Source of the DNA: Polyangiales bacterium
GTDB lineage: Bacteria; Myxococcota_A; Polyangia; Polyangiales; Houyiibacteriaceae
Length of the DNA: 64,000 bases
Assembly (NCBI GenBank): GCA_045106895.1
Contig: JBGCFM010000086.1
Coordinates: 28,645-92,644, forward strand
Direction of reading: 5' to 3'
Part shown: positions 27,057-37,095 of the stretch, piece by piece
How positions within the stretch are numbered: the first letter of the stretch is position 1
Layout: the number at the start of each line of letters is the position of its first letter
Translations under genes and position numbers: made by a program
Notes under the pieces: model-generated
What the model was told of the DNA's origin: nothing
The model's database searches: none
The model's input: the letters and a program-made list of their open reading frames with translations, nothing else

Positions 27057-27806
27057 ATGGCCATCGCTTCTATCGTCCTTGGAATGGGCGCTTTCCTCTG
27101 CATGATCGTCGGTTTTTTCACGACCGGCGTACCCGTGGTGGGAGCGCTTTTCAGCTTTGGCGGACCCGTCTTGGCCCTCGCGGGCATCGTGACCGGCGGT
27201 GTCGCGATGAGCCGAAGCAAGCAGGAAACCGGCGACAGCAGCGGCGCTGCCATCGCTGGCCTCGTCGTGAGCATCGTCGGATTCGTCCTCTCGCTCATCG
27301 TCGCGTTGACCTGCGGACTCTGCAACGCATGCCTTACTTCCAGCACCATGGACGCCAACCAGCGAGTTCAGAACGGTGGCGGCAGTGCCGCAGGAGGTCT
27401 CTTCGGCCAGGCCGTGGGTCAGGCTTTTGAAGAAGTGGGGCAGCGTTTGACGCTCAGCATGCATTTGAACGCGATTCAGTCCGAGTGCGCCGCCGACCCC
27501 AGCGGGGCGAGTTCCTCCCGGCATTTTCATCCGACCGCCTTCGCGGGAATCCAGGGGTCTCTGTGCGCGCAGATGGGACCTCTCGCCTCCCAAGCGTTCT
27601 CGCGTGACTGCAGTCAGCACACCCCTTGTTCGACGCGCGTCGACATGCTCGGCACCCCGGAGGCTGCGCAGGCGCAGGCCGCGGGCATCACGGACTTGAG
27701 CACCTGCTCGGTCTACACCACCACCGGCAGCGCCCGGCTTGGGATGTGTTCGCACAACGGCGAGATGCTGCTCGTCAGCGTTACCAACTTGAACGACGTC
27801 CAGTAA
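27057..27806 (+). CDS. Membrane protein (DUF4190-like N-terminus) with a Cys-rich extracytoplasmic domain
   Basis: MAIASIVLG...AIAGLVVSIVG three-TM region, CGLCNAC, further Cys residues. Confidence 0.7.
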   Translation: MAIASIVLGMGAFLCMIVGFFTTGVPVVGALFSFGGPVLALAGIVTGGVAMSRSKQETGDSSGAAIAGLVVSIVGFVLSLIVALTCGLCNACLTSSTMDANQRVQNGGGSAAGGLFGQAVGQAFEEVGQRLTLSMHLNAIQSECAADPSGASSSRHFHPTAFAGIQGSLCAQMGPLASQAFSRDCSQHTPCSTRVDMLGTPEAAQAQAAGITDLSTCSVYTTTGSARLGMCSHNGEMLLVSVTNLNDVQ

Positions 27807-27818
27807 GTCACTCGGCGC

Positions 27819-28589
27819 TTGGACCCGATTTTCACCATCGTTCGTTTCGGCGAACTTGAACGACCCATCGGCAACTTTGGGATTCTCCTCGCCGTGGCCA
27901 TGCTCGTTTGCGCGTCGATCGCGACGCGTGCATCGCATCGCGCGGGGCTCGATGCGGGGTCCGCCATCGCTGCCTGTGGCTTCGCCGCTGCCGGCTCCCT
28001 CGTCGGCGCGAGCAGCCTCTACTACCTCGTCGAAGCGGTTCGAAAAGGCAGCATCATGGCGGCGTTCGAAACCCAAGGGATCGTCTTCTACGGCGCTCCC
28101 CTCGGCGGAGGTCTCGCGCTTTATTTCGCGTGTAAGAAACTCGAACTTCCGTTTCTTCGTTTCCTCGACTTGGCTATCGCCGGCGTCCCCTTGGCCCACG
28201 CGATGGGACGCCTGGGGTGTTTTCTCGGAGGCTGCTGTTACGGAAAGCCCTACGAAGGGCCCTTTGCGGTTCTCTACACACACTCGATGGCGCCGGCGGC
28301 GAATCCGTCTGTCTTTCGACACGCGGTCCCGCTCTACGAGTCGTCTTTGCTTTTGCTCCTCGCAGCGTTCCTTTTGTTCTGGCCGAAGCGGCGGGTTGGA
28401 AGCGGCGAGTCCGTTGGATTCTACTTCGCGGCCTACGCTGTGATTCGTGTTCTAACGGAGACTTTCCGCGGCGACGGCGTGCGCGGCGTCTGGTTTGGTG
28501 TCTCCACTTCCCAATGGATCTCCGCAGCCATGTTCGCTTTTGGCATCGCCCTCGTCGTCCGCGCCCGCAAGACATTCCGGACCGCATGA
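27819..28589 (+). CDS. lgt: Prolipoprotein diacylglyceryl transferase
   Basis: GIVFYG, GRLGCFLGGCCYG, HAVPLYES, R...ETFRGD, STSQWIS. Confidence 0.88.
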   Translation: MDPIFTIVRFGELERPIGNFGILLAVAMLVCASIATRASHRAGLDAGSAIAACGFAAAGSLVGASSLYYLVEAVRKGSIMAAFETQGIVFYGAPLGGGLALYFACKKLELPFLRFLDLAIAGVPLAHAMGRLGCFLGGCCYGKPYEGPFAVLYTHSMAPAANPSVFRHAVPLYESSLLLLLAAFLLFWPKRRVGSGESVGFYFAAYAVIRVLTETFRGDGVRGVWFGVSTSQWISAAMFAFGIALVVRARKTFRTA

Positions 28590-29440
28590 GCGCGAGGCTC
28601 GCGTGCCTCGTCATGGTCCTCTCGCTGGCGCTCACCGGCCAAGCACAGGAGCGTGTGGCGCTAGAGGAGAGCGCCCTCGTTCGCATCAACGAGGGGTGGT
28701 TCGCCCGGGGCCTCCATCCGATGCAAATCGCCGAGGCCGTTCTCTTCTGTCGCCAAACCTCGCCGCCCACGCGCGACGCCTTCGTCTGTCACGACCGGCG
28801 CTTCTCCGTCGAGACACCACGCCGGCGCATTTTTCTTTCGTCCTACTATATCGATCGTTTCGAGGTGACACGTGAGCGTTACTCCGAATGTGTCCGTGCC
28901 GGCGGCTGCCTGCCTCCACGCAGCGGCAACGGCGATGAGCGTTTCAGCCAATCGACGATGCCGGTGACCGGCGTGACCTGGGACGACGCGCGGGGGTTTT
29001 GCCAATGGGCCGGAGGGGACCTGCCGACGGAGTCTCAGTGGGAGCGTGCGGCCCGTGGGCCGGGCGGGCGGCGTTTTCCTTGGGGACGGCTTTTCAACGA
29101 CCGCCTCGCCAATCACGGGTCTGGCACGCGGGTTATCGATGGGTACGAGTTTGTGTCTCCCGTCGGCACCTACGCGGGCGGACGAAGCCCAGATGGCCTC
29201 TATGATATGGCCGGCAACGTCTGGGAGTGGACGCTCGATGCCTTCGACCCGGAAGGCGAAGCTTGGAGTGCAGAACTCCCCGTCGACCCACGCGGGGCAG
29301 AACCGACCGGCCATCGAATCATTCGCGGGGGGTCCTGGCGTAGTCACGCCGTCGACCTGCGTACGACGACAAGGATTCCCGTCGGCGAGCAGCAACACTC
29401 CCCGGATTTGGGCTTTCGCTGCGCATTTGACGCCCTCTAA
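28586..29440 (+). CDS. FGE-sulfatase (SUMF1/EgtB/PvdO) domain protein, secreted
   Basis: IDRFEVT, LPTESQWERAARG, GLYDMAGNVWEW, RGGSW, LGFRC; ATGA overlap with lgt. Confidence 0.9.
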   Translation: MSARLACLVMVLSLALTGQAQERVALEESALVRINEGWFARGLHPMQIAEAVLFCRQTSPPTRDAFVCHDRRFSVETPRRRIFLSSYYIDRFEVTRERYSECVRAGGCLPPRSGNGDERFSQSTMPVTGVTWDDARGFCQWAGGDLPTESQWERAARGPGGRRFPWGRLFNDRLANHGSGTRVIDGYEFVSPVGTYAGGRSPDGLYDMAGNVWEWTLDAFDPEGEAWSAELPVDPRGAEPTGHRIIRGGSWRSHAVDLRTTTRIPVGEQQHSPDLGFRCAFDAL

Positions 29441-29599
29441 CCCCAGTGTTCGATTGGGTATACCCACCTGGCCGGCTCCTTCCGCTCATGGCCGCGTTGC
29501 GACTCTTCGAAAGGTCGGGGACCTTCCTTCATCGTCGCGCCTTGCCATGAACGAAATCGCTCGCCCATGTGAGCAAACCCAATCGAACACTGGGGTTAG
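29437..29599. mobile_element. 163-bp palindromic MITE-like element with 23-bp perfect terminal inverted repeats
   Basis: ctaaccccagtgttcgattgggt (29437-29459) and acccaatcgaacactggggttag (29577-29599). The interior is also largely self-complementary, and the left end contains the upstream TAA. Confidence 0.75.
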
Positions 29600-29657
29600 T
29601 CGCCGGCCGCGGATGTAGCTTGCAGCTTCAGGTCGCTAGCGTCATGTTGCTCCGACC

Positions 29658-30131
29658 ATGCGTTCCCCTTCCTTTTCGGTTTTTGCGTTCGTTCTCACTC
29701 TCACGGCGAGCCTCGTCGGCTGCAAGGGGGCAGATGGCGATACCTGCAAAGAGGACGACGACTGTAGCGGCACCCTCGTGTGCTGCCGCGTCGGCACCTT
29801 CGAGCGGGGCTCCTGTGGGGTCACCTGTGACATGGCGCCGCCGGCCACGGACAGCGGTCCAAGAATGGATTCCGGCCCCATCGAAACGGACGCAGCGATG
29901 ATGAGCGACGCGCCGGACATGAGTGACGCGCCGGACATGAGCGACGCCGCGGCAGAAGATGGTGGTCCCGATGCGGCCATGGACTCTGGCCCAGCTGATG
30001 TTGGCGTCGACGCTCCTGCCTTGGACGCCGGCACCGACGCAGGTCCGGACGCAGACGCAGGCATGACGGACGCAGGTCCGGACGCCGACGCAGGCATGAC
30101 GGACGCTGGTCCCGACGCGGACGCGGCATAG
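29658..30131 (+). CDS. Small Cys-rich lipoprotein with a DAG-repeat tail
   Basis: Lipobox LVGC; CKEDDDCSGTLVCC...CGVTC knot; Asp/Ala/Gly repeats. Confidence 0.8.
   Translation: MRSPSFSVFAFVLTLTASLVGCKGADGDTCKEDDDCSGTLVCCRVGTFERGSCGVTCDMAPPATDSGPRMDSGPIETDAAMMSDAPDMSDAPDMSDAAAEDGGPDAAMDSGPADVGVDAPALDAGTDAGPDADAGMTDAGPDADAGMTDAGPDADAA
29901..30128. repeat. Intragenic tandem repeats: 18 bp (MSDAPD) x~2.7 and 33 bp (DAGPDADAGMT) x~2.8
   Basis: 18-bp units start at 29901, 29919 and 29937; 33-bp units start at 30036, 30069 and 30102. Confidence 0.85.
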
Positions 30132-30155
30132 GGGCGGTCACGTGCGGGGGCACTG

Positions 30156-31889
30156 TTGAAGGTCTGTCCGAGCTGCGGAGCTCGCTATGGCGACGACGCC
30201 ATTATGTGCGGCATCGATGGCCAGCCTCTGCGCCCTGTTAAAGACGCGCTCATCGGCCGCACCGTGGGTGGCCGCCACCGATTGATCTCGAGACTCGGCG
30301 CAGGCGGAATGTCCGCTGTCTACCTGGCCCGTCATGTGCTCATCGACCGCCTCGTGGCGGTGAAAACGCTACGACGTGACCTGGCGAAGGACCCCGTGCA
30401 GCGGGACCGCTTCGTTCGCGAGGCGCGGGCAGTCAATCGAATCAACCACGAGAACATCGTCGAGATTACGGACTTCGGGGAGACCCACGACGGCATCGTG
30501 TACCTCGTCATGGAGTTCGTCCCTGGTGAGCCTCTAAACAAGGCTCTCGAGGCAGGTCGCTTTGACACCGTGCGAGCACTTCGGTTGTGCCGCGAGATGG
30601 GGTCGGCGCTCGGCCGGGCCCACGAGATGGGAGTCGTTCACCGAGACTTGAAGCCCGACAATATTCTCTTGGTGGCTCGCAAGGACGGCACGGAGTCGGT
30701 GAAGATATTGGACTTTGGCATCGCCAAGATCCTAGATGCTCCAAGTCTCACGGGCTCTCAGCAGATATTCGGGACGCCCGGCTATATTGCGCCGGAGTAC
30801 ATTCAATCCACGGACATCGACGGTCGCTCCGACCTCTATTCGTTGGGCGTCATCCTCTACGAGATGGCCACGGGCGCGCTGCCCTTCGACTACGAGTATC
30901 CCGGCGACCTTCTCGTCAAGCACGTGACGGAAGCGCCGATCCCGCCGAGCCAACGCTACGCTGGCATACAACCTGCCCTTGAAACGTTCATCCTTCGGTG
31001 CCTTGAGAAGCTGCCCGACGACCGCTTCCGCGACGCCTATCATTTCCTCGACGAGCTTGAGCAGATGGCGGGTCGACTGGGCGGTCCAGACACGTGGAGT
31101 GCCCCGACCCTTGAGTCGCGGGTGACGCCCGCGGCGTCGGAGCGAATGCACGCGGATGCCATCGACGCCATCGTGCTTCACACGATCCCTGCGCCGCCCC
31201 CGGACATGGTCGAAGAGGGCGCGATTCCCCAACCTCCGCCCCTTCTTGCACCCGAGCGGGAGCGGGGGAGCGAAGAAGGTCTCGGACCGGCCGGCGTTCG
31301 CCGCTGGCGCGAGCGTTTTGACGCCCTCGACACGTTGGCTCGAAACGAACGTGGGGCGGTGGATGACAGCGAGGACGCTCGGGATCTGGAGCGGGCTCGG
31401 CAGCTCCTTGTTTGCCTTGAGGAGTGCGTCGCAGAGACGGCGGGACATCAGCGTCAGCTTGAAGCGTTGGCGGCCGGCGCTCGGGATTTTCGTGTGACCC
31501 TCGGCCGCGCCATCGACCGCTTGGCTCGTTCGCAGAGCATCGGAAAGCGTGATGAGCAGCGCCTCGACGCGAAGAGACGGGAACTCCGAGGAGCCCGCGC
31601 GACGCACACGAAAGCCGGGGACGCTGAAGGGCGCGCGGATGCGTTGCTTTGGGAGCAGGCGGCCGTCGAACAAGCCCTTCGCGAGGCGCTCGGTAGCATC
31701 GCCCTTGGACAATCCCAGCTGGCGGAGCTTCGTCATGAGCTCACCCAGCGAAATGATGAGGCGGAAGCTCGTATTGCTGAGGCGGTCGCTCTGAGCCAGG
31801 CAGGCATGGCCCGCGCCGATGAACTAGCCAACGAGCTTCGAATGCCCCTCGACCGGGTTGAGGCGAAGATTCGCGCTCGATGGGACTAA
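30156..31889 (+). CDS. Hanks-type Ser/Thr protein kinase with an N-terminal zinc ribbon and a C-terminal coiled coil
   Basis: CPSC...CGIDG, LGAGGMS, AVK, HRDLKPDN, DFG, GTPGYIAPE; no TM helix. Confidence 0.95.
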   Translation: MKVCPSCGARYGDDAIMCGIDGQPLRPVKDALIGRTVGGRHRLISRLGAGGMSAVYLARHVLIDRLVAVKTLRRDLAKDPVQRDRFVREARAVNRINHENIVEITDFGETHDGIVYLVMEFVPGEPLNKALEAGRFDTVRALRLCREMGSALGRAHEMGVVHRDLKPDNILLVARKDGTESVKILDFGIAKILDAPSLTGSQQIFGTPGYIAPEYIQSTDIDGRSDLYSLGVILYEMATGALPFDYEYPGDLLVKHVTEAPIPPSQRYAGIQPALETFILRCLEKLPDDRFRDAYHFLDELEQMAGRLGGPDTWSAPTLESRVTPAASERMHADAIDAIVLHTIPAPPPDMVEEGAIPQPPPLLAPERERGSEEGLGPAGVRRWRERFDALDTLARNERGAVDDSEDARDLERARQLLVCLEECVAETAGHQRQLEALAAGARDFRVTLGRAIDRLARSQSIGKRDEQRLDAKRRELRGARATHTKAGDAEGRADALLWEQAAVEQALREALGSIALGQSQLAELRHELTQRNDEAEARIAEAVALSQAGMARADELANELRMPLDRVEAKIRARWD

Positions 31890-31970
31890 GGCTCTTGGCG
31901 CCTGCGTCGAAGAGTCGGTGTCAGGATTCCCCAGTCTGGCCGTAGGTCTGCTAGGCTCGCGGGCGAATCG

Positions 31971-32954
31971 ATGGGAGTGCGAATGCAACGCTTGTTTCTA
32001 GGATTATTGGTCGGATGTTGGGTGCTTGGTGCAGCCGTTCCAGGGTTGGCACAGACACGTCGTGAGCGGCGTGAGGCGAGAGCCGCGTACGGTCGTGGCC
32101 AGGCAGGGATCGAAAGCCAAGACTTTGTGGAAGCCGAGTCGGCGTTCCGCGCGGCGTTTGCCATCATCCCCAACCCCATCGTCCTTTTGGGCGTGGCCGG
32201 AGCGTTGGAGGGTCAAGGCAAGATCACCGAGGCCGTCGCCACCCTCGAGCAGTATCTTGAGCTGAGCCCCGATGCCGCGGATCGCGCCGAAGTCGAAGCT
32301 CGTGCGACGGCGCTTCGCGCGACGCCCGGCCACCTGAGCGTGAGCTCGACGCCGTCGGGCGCGGGCATCGCCCTCGACGGACAGGACACCGGCGAAGTCA
32401 CCCCCGCGGAGTTCGACTTGCCGCCGGGTAGCCACGTCATCCGTCTCTCCGCTGCCGGGCGTCAGCCCGCGGAGTCAACGGTGGAACTTGGCTTCGCAGC
32501 ACGCGAAGAGGTCGCGCTCGAGCTCGCGGAAGCGGAGCCGGAGGTGAGCACACCCATCGTCGTGGACGAGGAGCCCGTGGAGCTCGATGAGGAGGAAGAC
32601 TCCGAAGAAGAGGAAGAAGAGGACGAGGGCCCCGGGACCGCCGTTTGGGTCACGAGTGGGCTTGCAGCCGCTGGCCTCGTTGGCGGCACGGTGCTCGGTT
32701 TCCTCGCCCTCTCCGAGGAGAGCAACTTCGACGATGAGCCATCCGAAGCCACCGCTGATCGCGGTGAGCGCTTCGCCATCTTCGCGGATGTCGCTTTCGG
32801 CATTGCCGCCGTGAGCGCGATTACAGCCGTGGTTTTGCTCCTCACGAAGGACGACCCGGACGACGAAGAAGAAGACGCGGAGGCCGTGAGCGCGAGCCTC
32901 TCGCCAATGGTTGGACCTTCGGGTGGCGGAATCGCAGCACAGGTGGGGTTCTAG
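31971..32954 (+). CDS. TPR + PEGA domain exported protein
   Basis: Signal peptide, TPR-like helices, PEGA (LSVSSTPSGAGIALDG...TP...LPPGSH), hydrophobic C-terminal hairpins ending VGF. Confidence 0.85.
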   Translation: MGVRMQRLFLGLLVGCWVLGAAVPGLAQTRRERREARAAYGRGQAGIESQDFVEAESAFRAAFAIIPNPIVLLGVAGALEGQGKITEAVATLEQYLELSPDAADRAEVEARATALRATPGHLSVSSTPSGAGIALDGQDTGEVTPAEFDLPPGSHVIRLSAAGRQPAESTVELGFAAREEVALELAEAEPEVSTPIVVDEEPVELDEEEDSEEEEEEDEGPGTAVWVTSGLAAAGLVGGTVLGFLALSEESNFDDEPSEATADRGERFAIFADVAFGIAAVSAITAVVLLLTKDDPDDEEEDAEAVSASLSPMVGPSGGGIAAQVGF

Positions 32955-32991
32955 AATGGCCAACTCAAACATGCGAAAAGTGGGTACGAAG

Positions 32992-34134
32992 ATGCAACTT
33001 GAACGCCTGAGCCTCCTCGCAGCATCCGTTCTGTTCCTGAGCGCCTGCGAGCTCGTGGTGGACTTCGATCGCTCTCTCATCGTCGATGCGTCGGCGGACG
33101 TCGTCGCGCCTGACAGCGACACGCCAGATAGCGGGCCGGACGCAACGGACGGCGGGCCTGACCCTGACGGCGGTCCTGACGGCGGTCCTGACGGCGGTCC
33201 CGATGGCGGTCCCGACGCGGGTCCGGACGGTGGACCTGATGCCGGTCCACCGGAGTGCACCATGGCGGCTCAGTGTGACGACGCCGTCACGTGCACCATG
33301 GATGACTGTGTGGAGATGAGCTGCGTTCAGACGCCGATGGATTCCCTCTGCGACGACGCGAACATCTGCACCGTCAACACATGCGATGCCGTGACGGATT
33401 GCCAAGCGACGAGCTGTTCCTTGGTCATCGACACTCCCGCCTTTCCGGAGCTAAGCACCGTCATTCGTTTGGCGAGCGTCGATGGTGGCGAGGGCGGACT
33501 TCTCGCCGTTGTCTTCGATGACAACGCAGGCGTCCCGGACATGCCACTCGGTGCATTGACCGTGGCCGCTGGCGCATCGATGGACCTCGACATCGAACTT
33601 TCACGACCCGTCGTGAACGACGAAGTCATCTATGTTCAGCTCTTCGAAGACTTGGGCACCGTGGGCAGCTACGACGATGGCGTCGACGTCGCCGCGCAAG
33701 ACGCGATGGCGATGGATGTCATCGACGATGTCACCGTCGCGCTCGCGGCTGGGCTTCCGGACTTTGAGGTCGTCGTCAGTGGCGCTGTCCCAGACTACAA
33801 CTTCTCGATGGCGCGTCCGTCCACCGTCACCATTGCGGGTGCTGACCCCGAGTTGGTTCTCATTCGTGGCCGCCGATACCGCATTCGCAACGTGCTGCCT
33901 CTCGACCATCCCTTCGAGTTCATCATCGCGGGAACGCCGGACACCGTCCAGTTGGCTCAGGGGGCAGGCACAGTGGGCGCCGTCGAAGGAGAGGCCACGA
34001 TCGCGTGGGACGAGTCCGACAGCCAGGATATCGTTTTCACGGTGAGTGCCGAGTTCGAACTCGCTGTGGACTCTTACCGCTGTCGGATTCATACGGCCAG
34101 CATGCGCGGCACCGTGACGTACGCGAACCCTTAG
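32992..34134 (+). CDS. Lipoprotein with PDGG repeats, CDD..CT..C repeats and a C-terminal cupredoxin-like domain
   Basis: Lipobox LSAC; CDDAVTCTMDDC and CDDANICTVNTC; DHPF...YRCRIHTASMRG. Confidence 0.78.
   Translation: MQLERLSLLAASVLFLSACELVVDFDRSLIVDASADVVAPDSDTPDSGPDATDGGPDPDGGPDGGPDGGPDGGPDAGPDGGPDAGPPECTMAAQCDDAVTCTMDDCVEMSCVQTPMDSLCDDANICTVNTCDAVTDCQATSCSLVIDTPAFPELSTVIRLASVDGGEGGLLAVVFDDNAGVPDMPLGALTVAAGASMDLDIELSRPVVNDEVIYVQLFEDLGTVGSYDDGVDVAAQDAMAMDVIDDVTVALAAGLPDFEVVVSGAVPDYNFSMARPSTVTIAGADPELVLIRGRRYRIRNVLPLDHPFEFIIAGTPDTVQLAQGAGTVGAVEGEATIAWDESDSQDIVFTVSAEFELAVDSYRCRIHTASMRGTVTYANP
33163..33246. repeat. 7 x 12-bp tandem repeat (PDGG/PDAG)
   Basis: cctgacggcggt three times exactly, then four degenerate units. 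Confidence 0.85.
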
Positions 34135-34180
34135 GAAAGCTTGCGATTGAAGATCGGCCCGCGCGCACCGTCTGAGGTGC

Positions 34181-35416
34181 ATGCGGGCTTTTTCTTTTGC
34201 GCTTTCACTCCTAGTTTTCGGGGCTTCTGCAGGAGCCACCGCGCAGCGAGCGGCGGCGGGAGGAGCGGCGGAGGCGCGCCTTGAGAGCTTCGACCGTCGC
34301 CAACGACAGCTGCTAGAGCCGTACTTGGAACGCGGCCCCGCACTTCTCGCGCGCTTCTACAACGCGGACAGCGACATGCCGGCGGTTTCCATCGCGTCTT
34401 ATATAGAAGCTGCGCCTGAAGATGTTGCTCGCGTCGTCACACAGCCTGCGGACTACGCGCGGTTTATGCCGGCGCTCGACTCCGTGGAGATCGAGTCGCA
34501 GCACGCTACGCAGACAGCGTACTCATGGACGTGGACCCTCGCGCTCTTTACGCTTCGCGGCCGAAACGTCATGACGAACTACGGCGGTAACGCCACTCGG
34601 GGCTACCGCGTTGACGTCCGGAGCACGCAAGGAGACCTAGGCCAGGGGCGCTTTCTTTGGCGCATTTACCCCGCCGGCGAGGGGCGCTCTCTTGTCGTGC
34701 TTTCTTCACGTACGGACATGCGTGGCGCGAACTATGTCGCCGACCAGCTCTCATCCGGGGGGCGCTCGGTGCAGAGGACCATCAACATCTCCATGGCGAT
34801 GGTGATGTTGCTCGGGACCAAGAACGAAGCACAGCGTGTCGCTGGTTACGTGGAACCTGAGCGGGAGATCGGAGAACTCGAGCCTCTCGAGATGAACCCA
34901 CGACACCTCTGGCCACTGCTGGAAGACGGCGACCTGGTGTTCATGGAGCTGTCGGGGAATCGAATCGACCGTATGGCCACGCTCGGCCGCTCGTCGCGGA
35001 ACGAAGAGCACACCCGAGCCGTCATGATCGACCCGGAAGAGTTCGGTCGCGCGCTTATCTCAGGGAGCACAGCGCATGTGGTGGAGACCCACGATGACCA
35101 TGTCGTCTTTGAGTGGGGGATCCCTCTTCCTATCATCGGTGTCGAAGGGCGCATGCGGCTCACACCCACGGACGGCGTCATCAGCGTTGACGGAATGAGC
35201 GGCAGTCTTGGTTCCAGTCAGTGGCGTTTCGACACCACCGTCATCTCGCCTCACGACACGGCTATCCGAGGTTGGTCCCGCTACGATATGCGCGAGACGA
35301 GCGCGGTGATTCGTCGGATGATCGGCGACGACGACGCCTTTTCGCACGGCCTCGCCGCTGCAACACAGGTGATGATCGTCCGGTCCCTTCGATCGCGCTC
35401 GATGCGTCATCGATAG
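34181..35416 (+). CDS. Secreted protein with tandem SRPBCC/START-like domains
   Basis: IEAAPEDVARVVTQPADYARFMP...GDL...WRIYP, followed by a second degenerate copy (DPEEFGR...GSL...WRFD). Confidence 0.7.
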   Translation: MRAFSFALSLLVFGASAGATAQRAAAGGAAEARLESFDRRQRQLLEPYLERGPALLARFYNADSDMPAVSIASYIEAAPEDVARVVTQPADYARFMPALDSVEIESQHATQTAYSWTWTLALFTLRGRNVMTNYGGNATRGYRVDVRSTQGDLGQGRFLWRIYPAGEGRSLVVLSSRTDMRGANYVADQLSSGGRSVQRTINISMAMVMLLGTKNEAQRVAGYVEPEREIGELEPLEMNPRHLWPLLEDGDLVFMELSGNRIDRMATLGRSSRNEEHTRAVMIDPEEFGRALISGSTAHVVETHDDHVVFEWGIPLPIIGVEGRMRLTPTDGVISVDGMSGSLGSSQWRFDTTVISPHDTAIRGWSRYDMRETSAVIRRMIGDDDAFSHGLAAATQVMIVRSLRSRSMRHR

Positions 35417-35461
35417 GCGGCGTTTTCGGCTGGCTCGGTGCTTTTCGGGTATGCTCCGCCC

Positions 35462-37003
35462 ATGCGTGCCCTTGTCCTTTGCCTTGCACTTTCAGCCTGT
35501 GGTGGCGGACAAGTCCAGACCACTCTCGCGGACCCAAGCGTCGCCCCTCGGGGCATCCAGGGTCGAATCATCTTCGCGACCCGCTCGCCCACGCCAACCG
35601 GAGCGTCGAGCGAACGCGGTCGTCTCGCTGCGCCTTATATATTGATGCGGGCCATCGGCGCCGAAGGCGAAGTTCTCGCCACTACGCGCACCGACGAAGA
35701 TGGCGCATTCCATTTCGAAGAGGAACTCCCAGCGCTCGAGGTAGAGGTGGTCACAAGCCTTGAGGTCGATGGACACGTTCTCAGTGTGACCACCGACGGC
35801 GCCGGCGAAGTTCCGCACACCCTGCGCGTGCCCCTGTCCCCGGAGGACGTGCAGAACATCGACCTCGATGACGACGAGAAGATCGCCGGCGCGCTTCATA
35901 TTCTTGAGGCGCTTTTGCGTGGCGCGCGCGCGGCGAAACGCTGGACGGGGCGAACGCTCCCACCGTTCTTTTGTTACTGGGACCGCGGCATCACGACGAA
36001 CTGGAGCTTCTATTCCGGAGAGCGCGGGGACACAGGGCGCTACACCATTGAACTTCTCGGTGGCGAGCCGCAGGCCCAGAGCACGACGGACACCGACGAG
36101 CACGATGAGGGCATCATTCTCCATGAGTTCGGCCACTTCGTGATGGATGTCCTCTCCTCGAGCAGCTCTCACGGCGGGTCCCACCCGCGCGGCGTCCTCA
36201 TCGACCCAGGGCTCGCTTGGGAGGAGGGGCGCGCGACGTGGTTCGCAACCGCGGTGTTGGGGGTTGGATGGTACCAAGACACGGTCGGTCTGGAGCCGAA
36301 CGGCGAACTCCGGGTTCATCACGATGTGGAGCGTGGCATCCCGCCCGACTTGCGCGGCATCGGAAGCGAAGGCGGCGTCTCGGAGATCCTCTGGGACCTC
36401 GCCGATGGAACGCCCGGTGGGCTCCCGGATGAAGACCGTGATGGCATCGCCCTAGGTCCCGACGGAGTCTTGTCGGCGATGGTGGCGATGGCGGAACAGC
36501 CCGGCGCGTTTCCCACGATTCGTTCGTTCTTAGGGTTCCTCATCGAGTCGGGTCGCGTCGAGCGCGATGCGCTCCGTCACCTGCTCCAACTTGGAGGGCA
36601 CCCGATGACCCTGCTTGGCAGCGATCCGTGGCCGATGGAGTTCGAGATCAACGGGAGCGTCGCCGGCAAGATTGACGGGCTCTCCAGGCCAGCGCCGAGT
36701 GGTGGCCCGCCGAGGCCCAGCAACGGCCTCGACGCCGTCGCGGTCTACCGGATTCATGTGCCGGAGCCCGGGACGCTCGAGCTCATGTTGACCATCGATG
36801 GAAGCGGGAGTCCTCAAGACCACACGGACCTCGACTTGGAGCTCCGTGATATCCGCTCCGACGCGATGGAGTCGAGTCAGGGAGAGGGCCCCACGGAGAG
36901 TGTTTCTGCCATCGTCGAAGCGGGCTACTACATCATCTACGTCCGTGATGGTGGGAGTGGAAACAAGGTCGGCTTCCGGCTCGATTCACGCCTCATTCGT
37001 TAG
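35462..37003 (+). CDS. Zinc metallopeptidase lipoprotein with a C-terminal PPC-like domain
   Basis: Lipobox LSAC; HEFGH zincin motif; [13 protein letters not shown]...GYYIIYV PPC-like tail. Confidence 0.8.
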   Translation: MRALVLCLALSACGGGQVQTTLADPSVAPRGIQGRIIFATRSPTPTGASSERGRLAAPYILMRAIGAEGEVLATTRTDEDGAFHFEEELPALEVEVVTSLEVDGHVLSVTTDGAGEVPHTLRVPLSPEDVQNIDLDDDEKIAGALHILEALLRGARAAKRWTGRTLPPFFCYWDRGITTNWSFYSGERGDTGRYTIELLGGEPQAQSTTDTDEHDEGIILHEFGHFVMDVLSSSSSHGGSHPRGVLIDPGLAWEEGRATWFATAVLGVGWYQDTVGLEPNGELRVHHDVERGIPPDLRGIGSEGGVSEILWDLADGTPGGLPDEDRDGIALGPDGVLSAMVAMAEQPGAFPTIRSFLGFLIESGRVERDALRHLLQLGGHPMTLLGSDPWPMEFEINGSVAGKIDGLSRPAPSGGPPRPSNGLDAVAVYRIHVPEPGTLELMLTIDGSGSPQDHTDLDLELRDIRSDAMESSQGEGPTESVSAIVEAGYYIIYVRDGGSGNKVGFRLDSRLIR

Positions 37004-37095
37004 AAAAGGCCGTCAAGCGCCGGAAAAGCGTGGACCGCTGCAGGAGCGAGGAGTCGGAGCTTGACGTCCACAGCCACTTGCTCCTATTGCGTAGC

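Noticed and set aside
28586..29440. True formylglycine-generating enzyme
   Set aside because: It lacks the catalytic Cys pair after RGGS (reads RGGSWRS), and no sulfatase is nearby.
29901..33246. Tandem repeats as a possible CRISPR array
   Set aside because: In-frame coding repeats (12, 18 and 33 bp) without unique spacers; no cas genes in the window.
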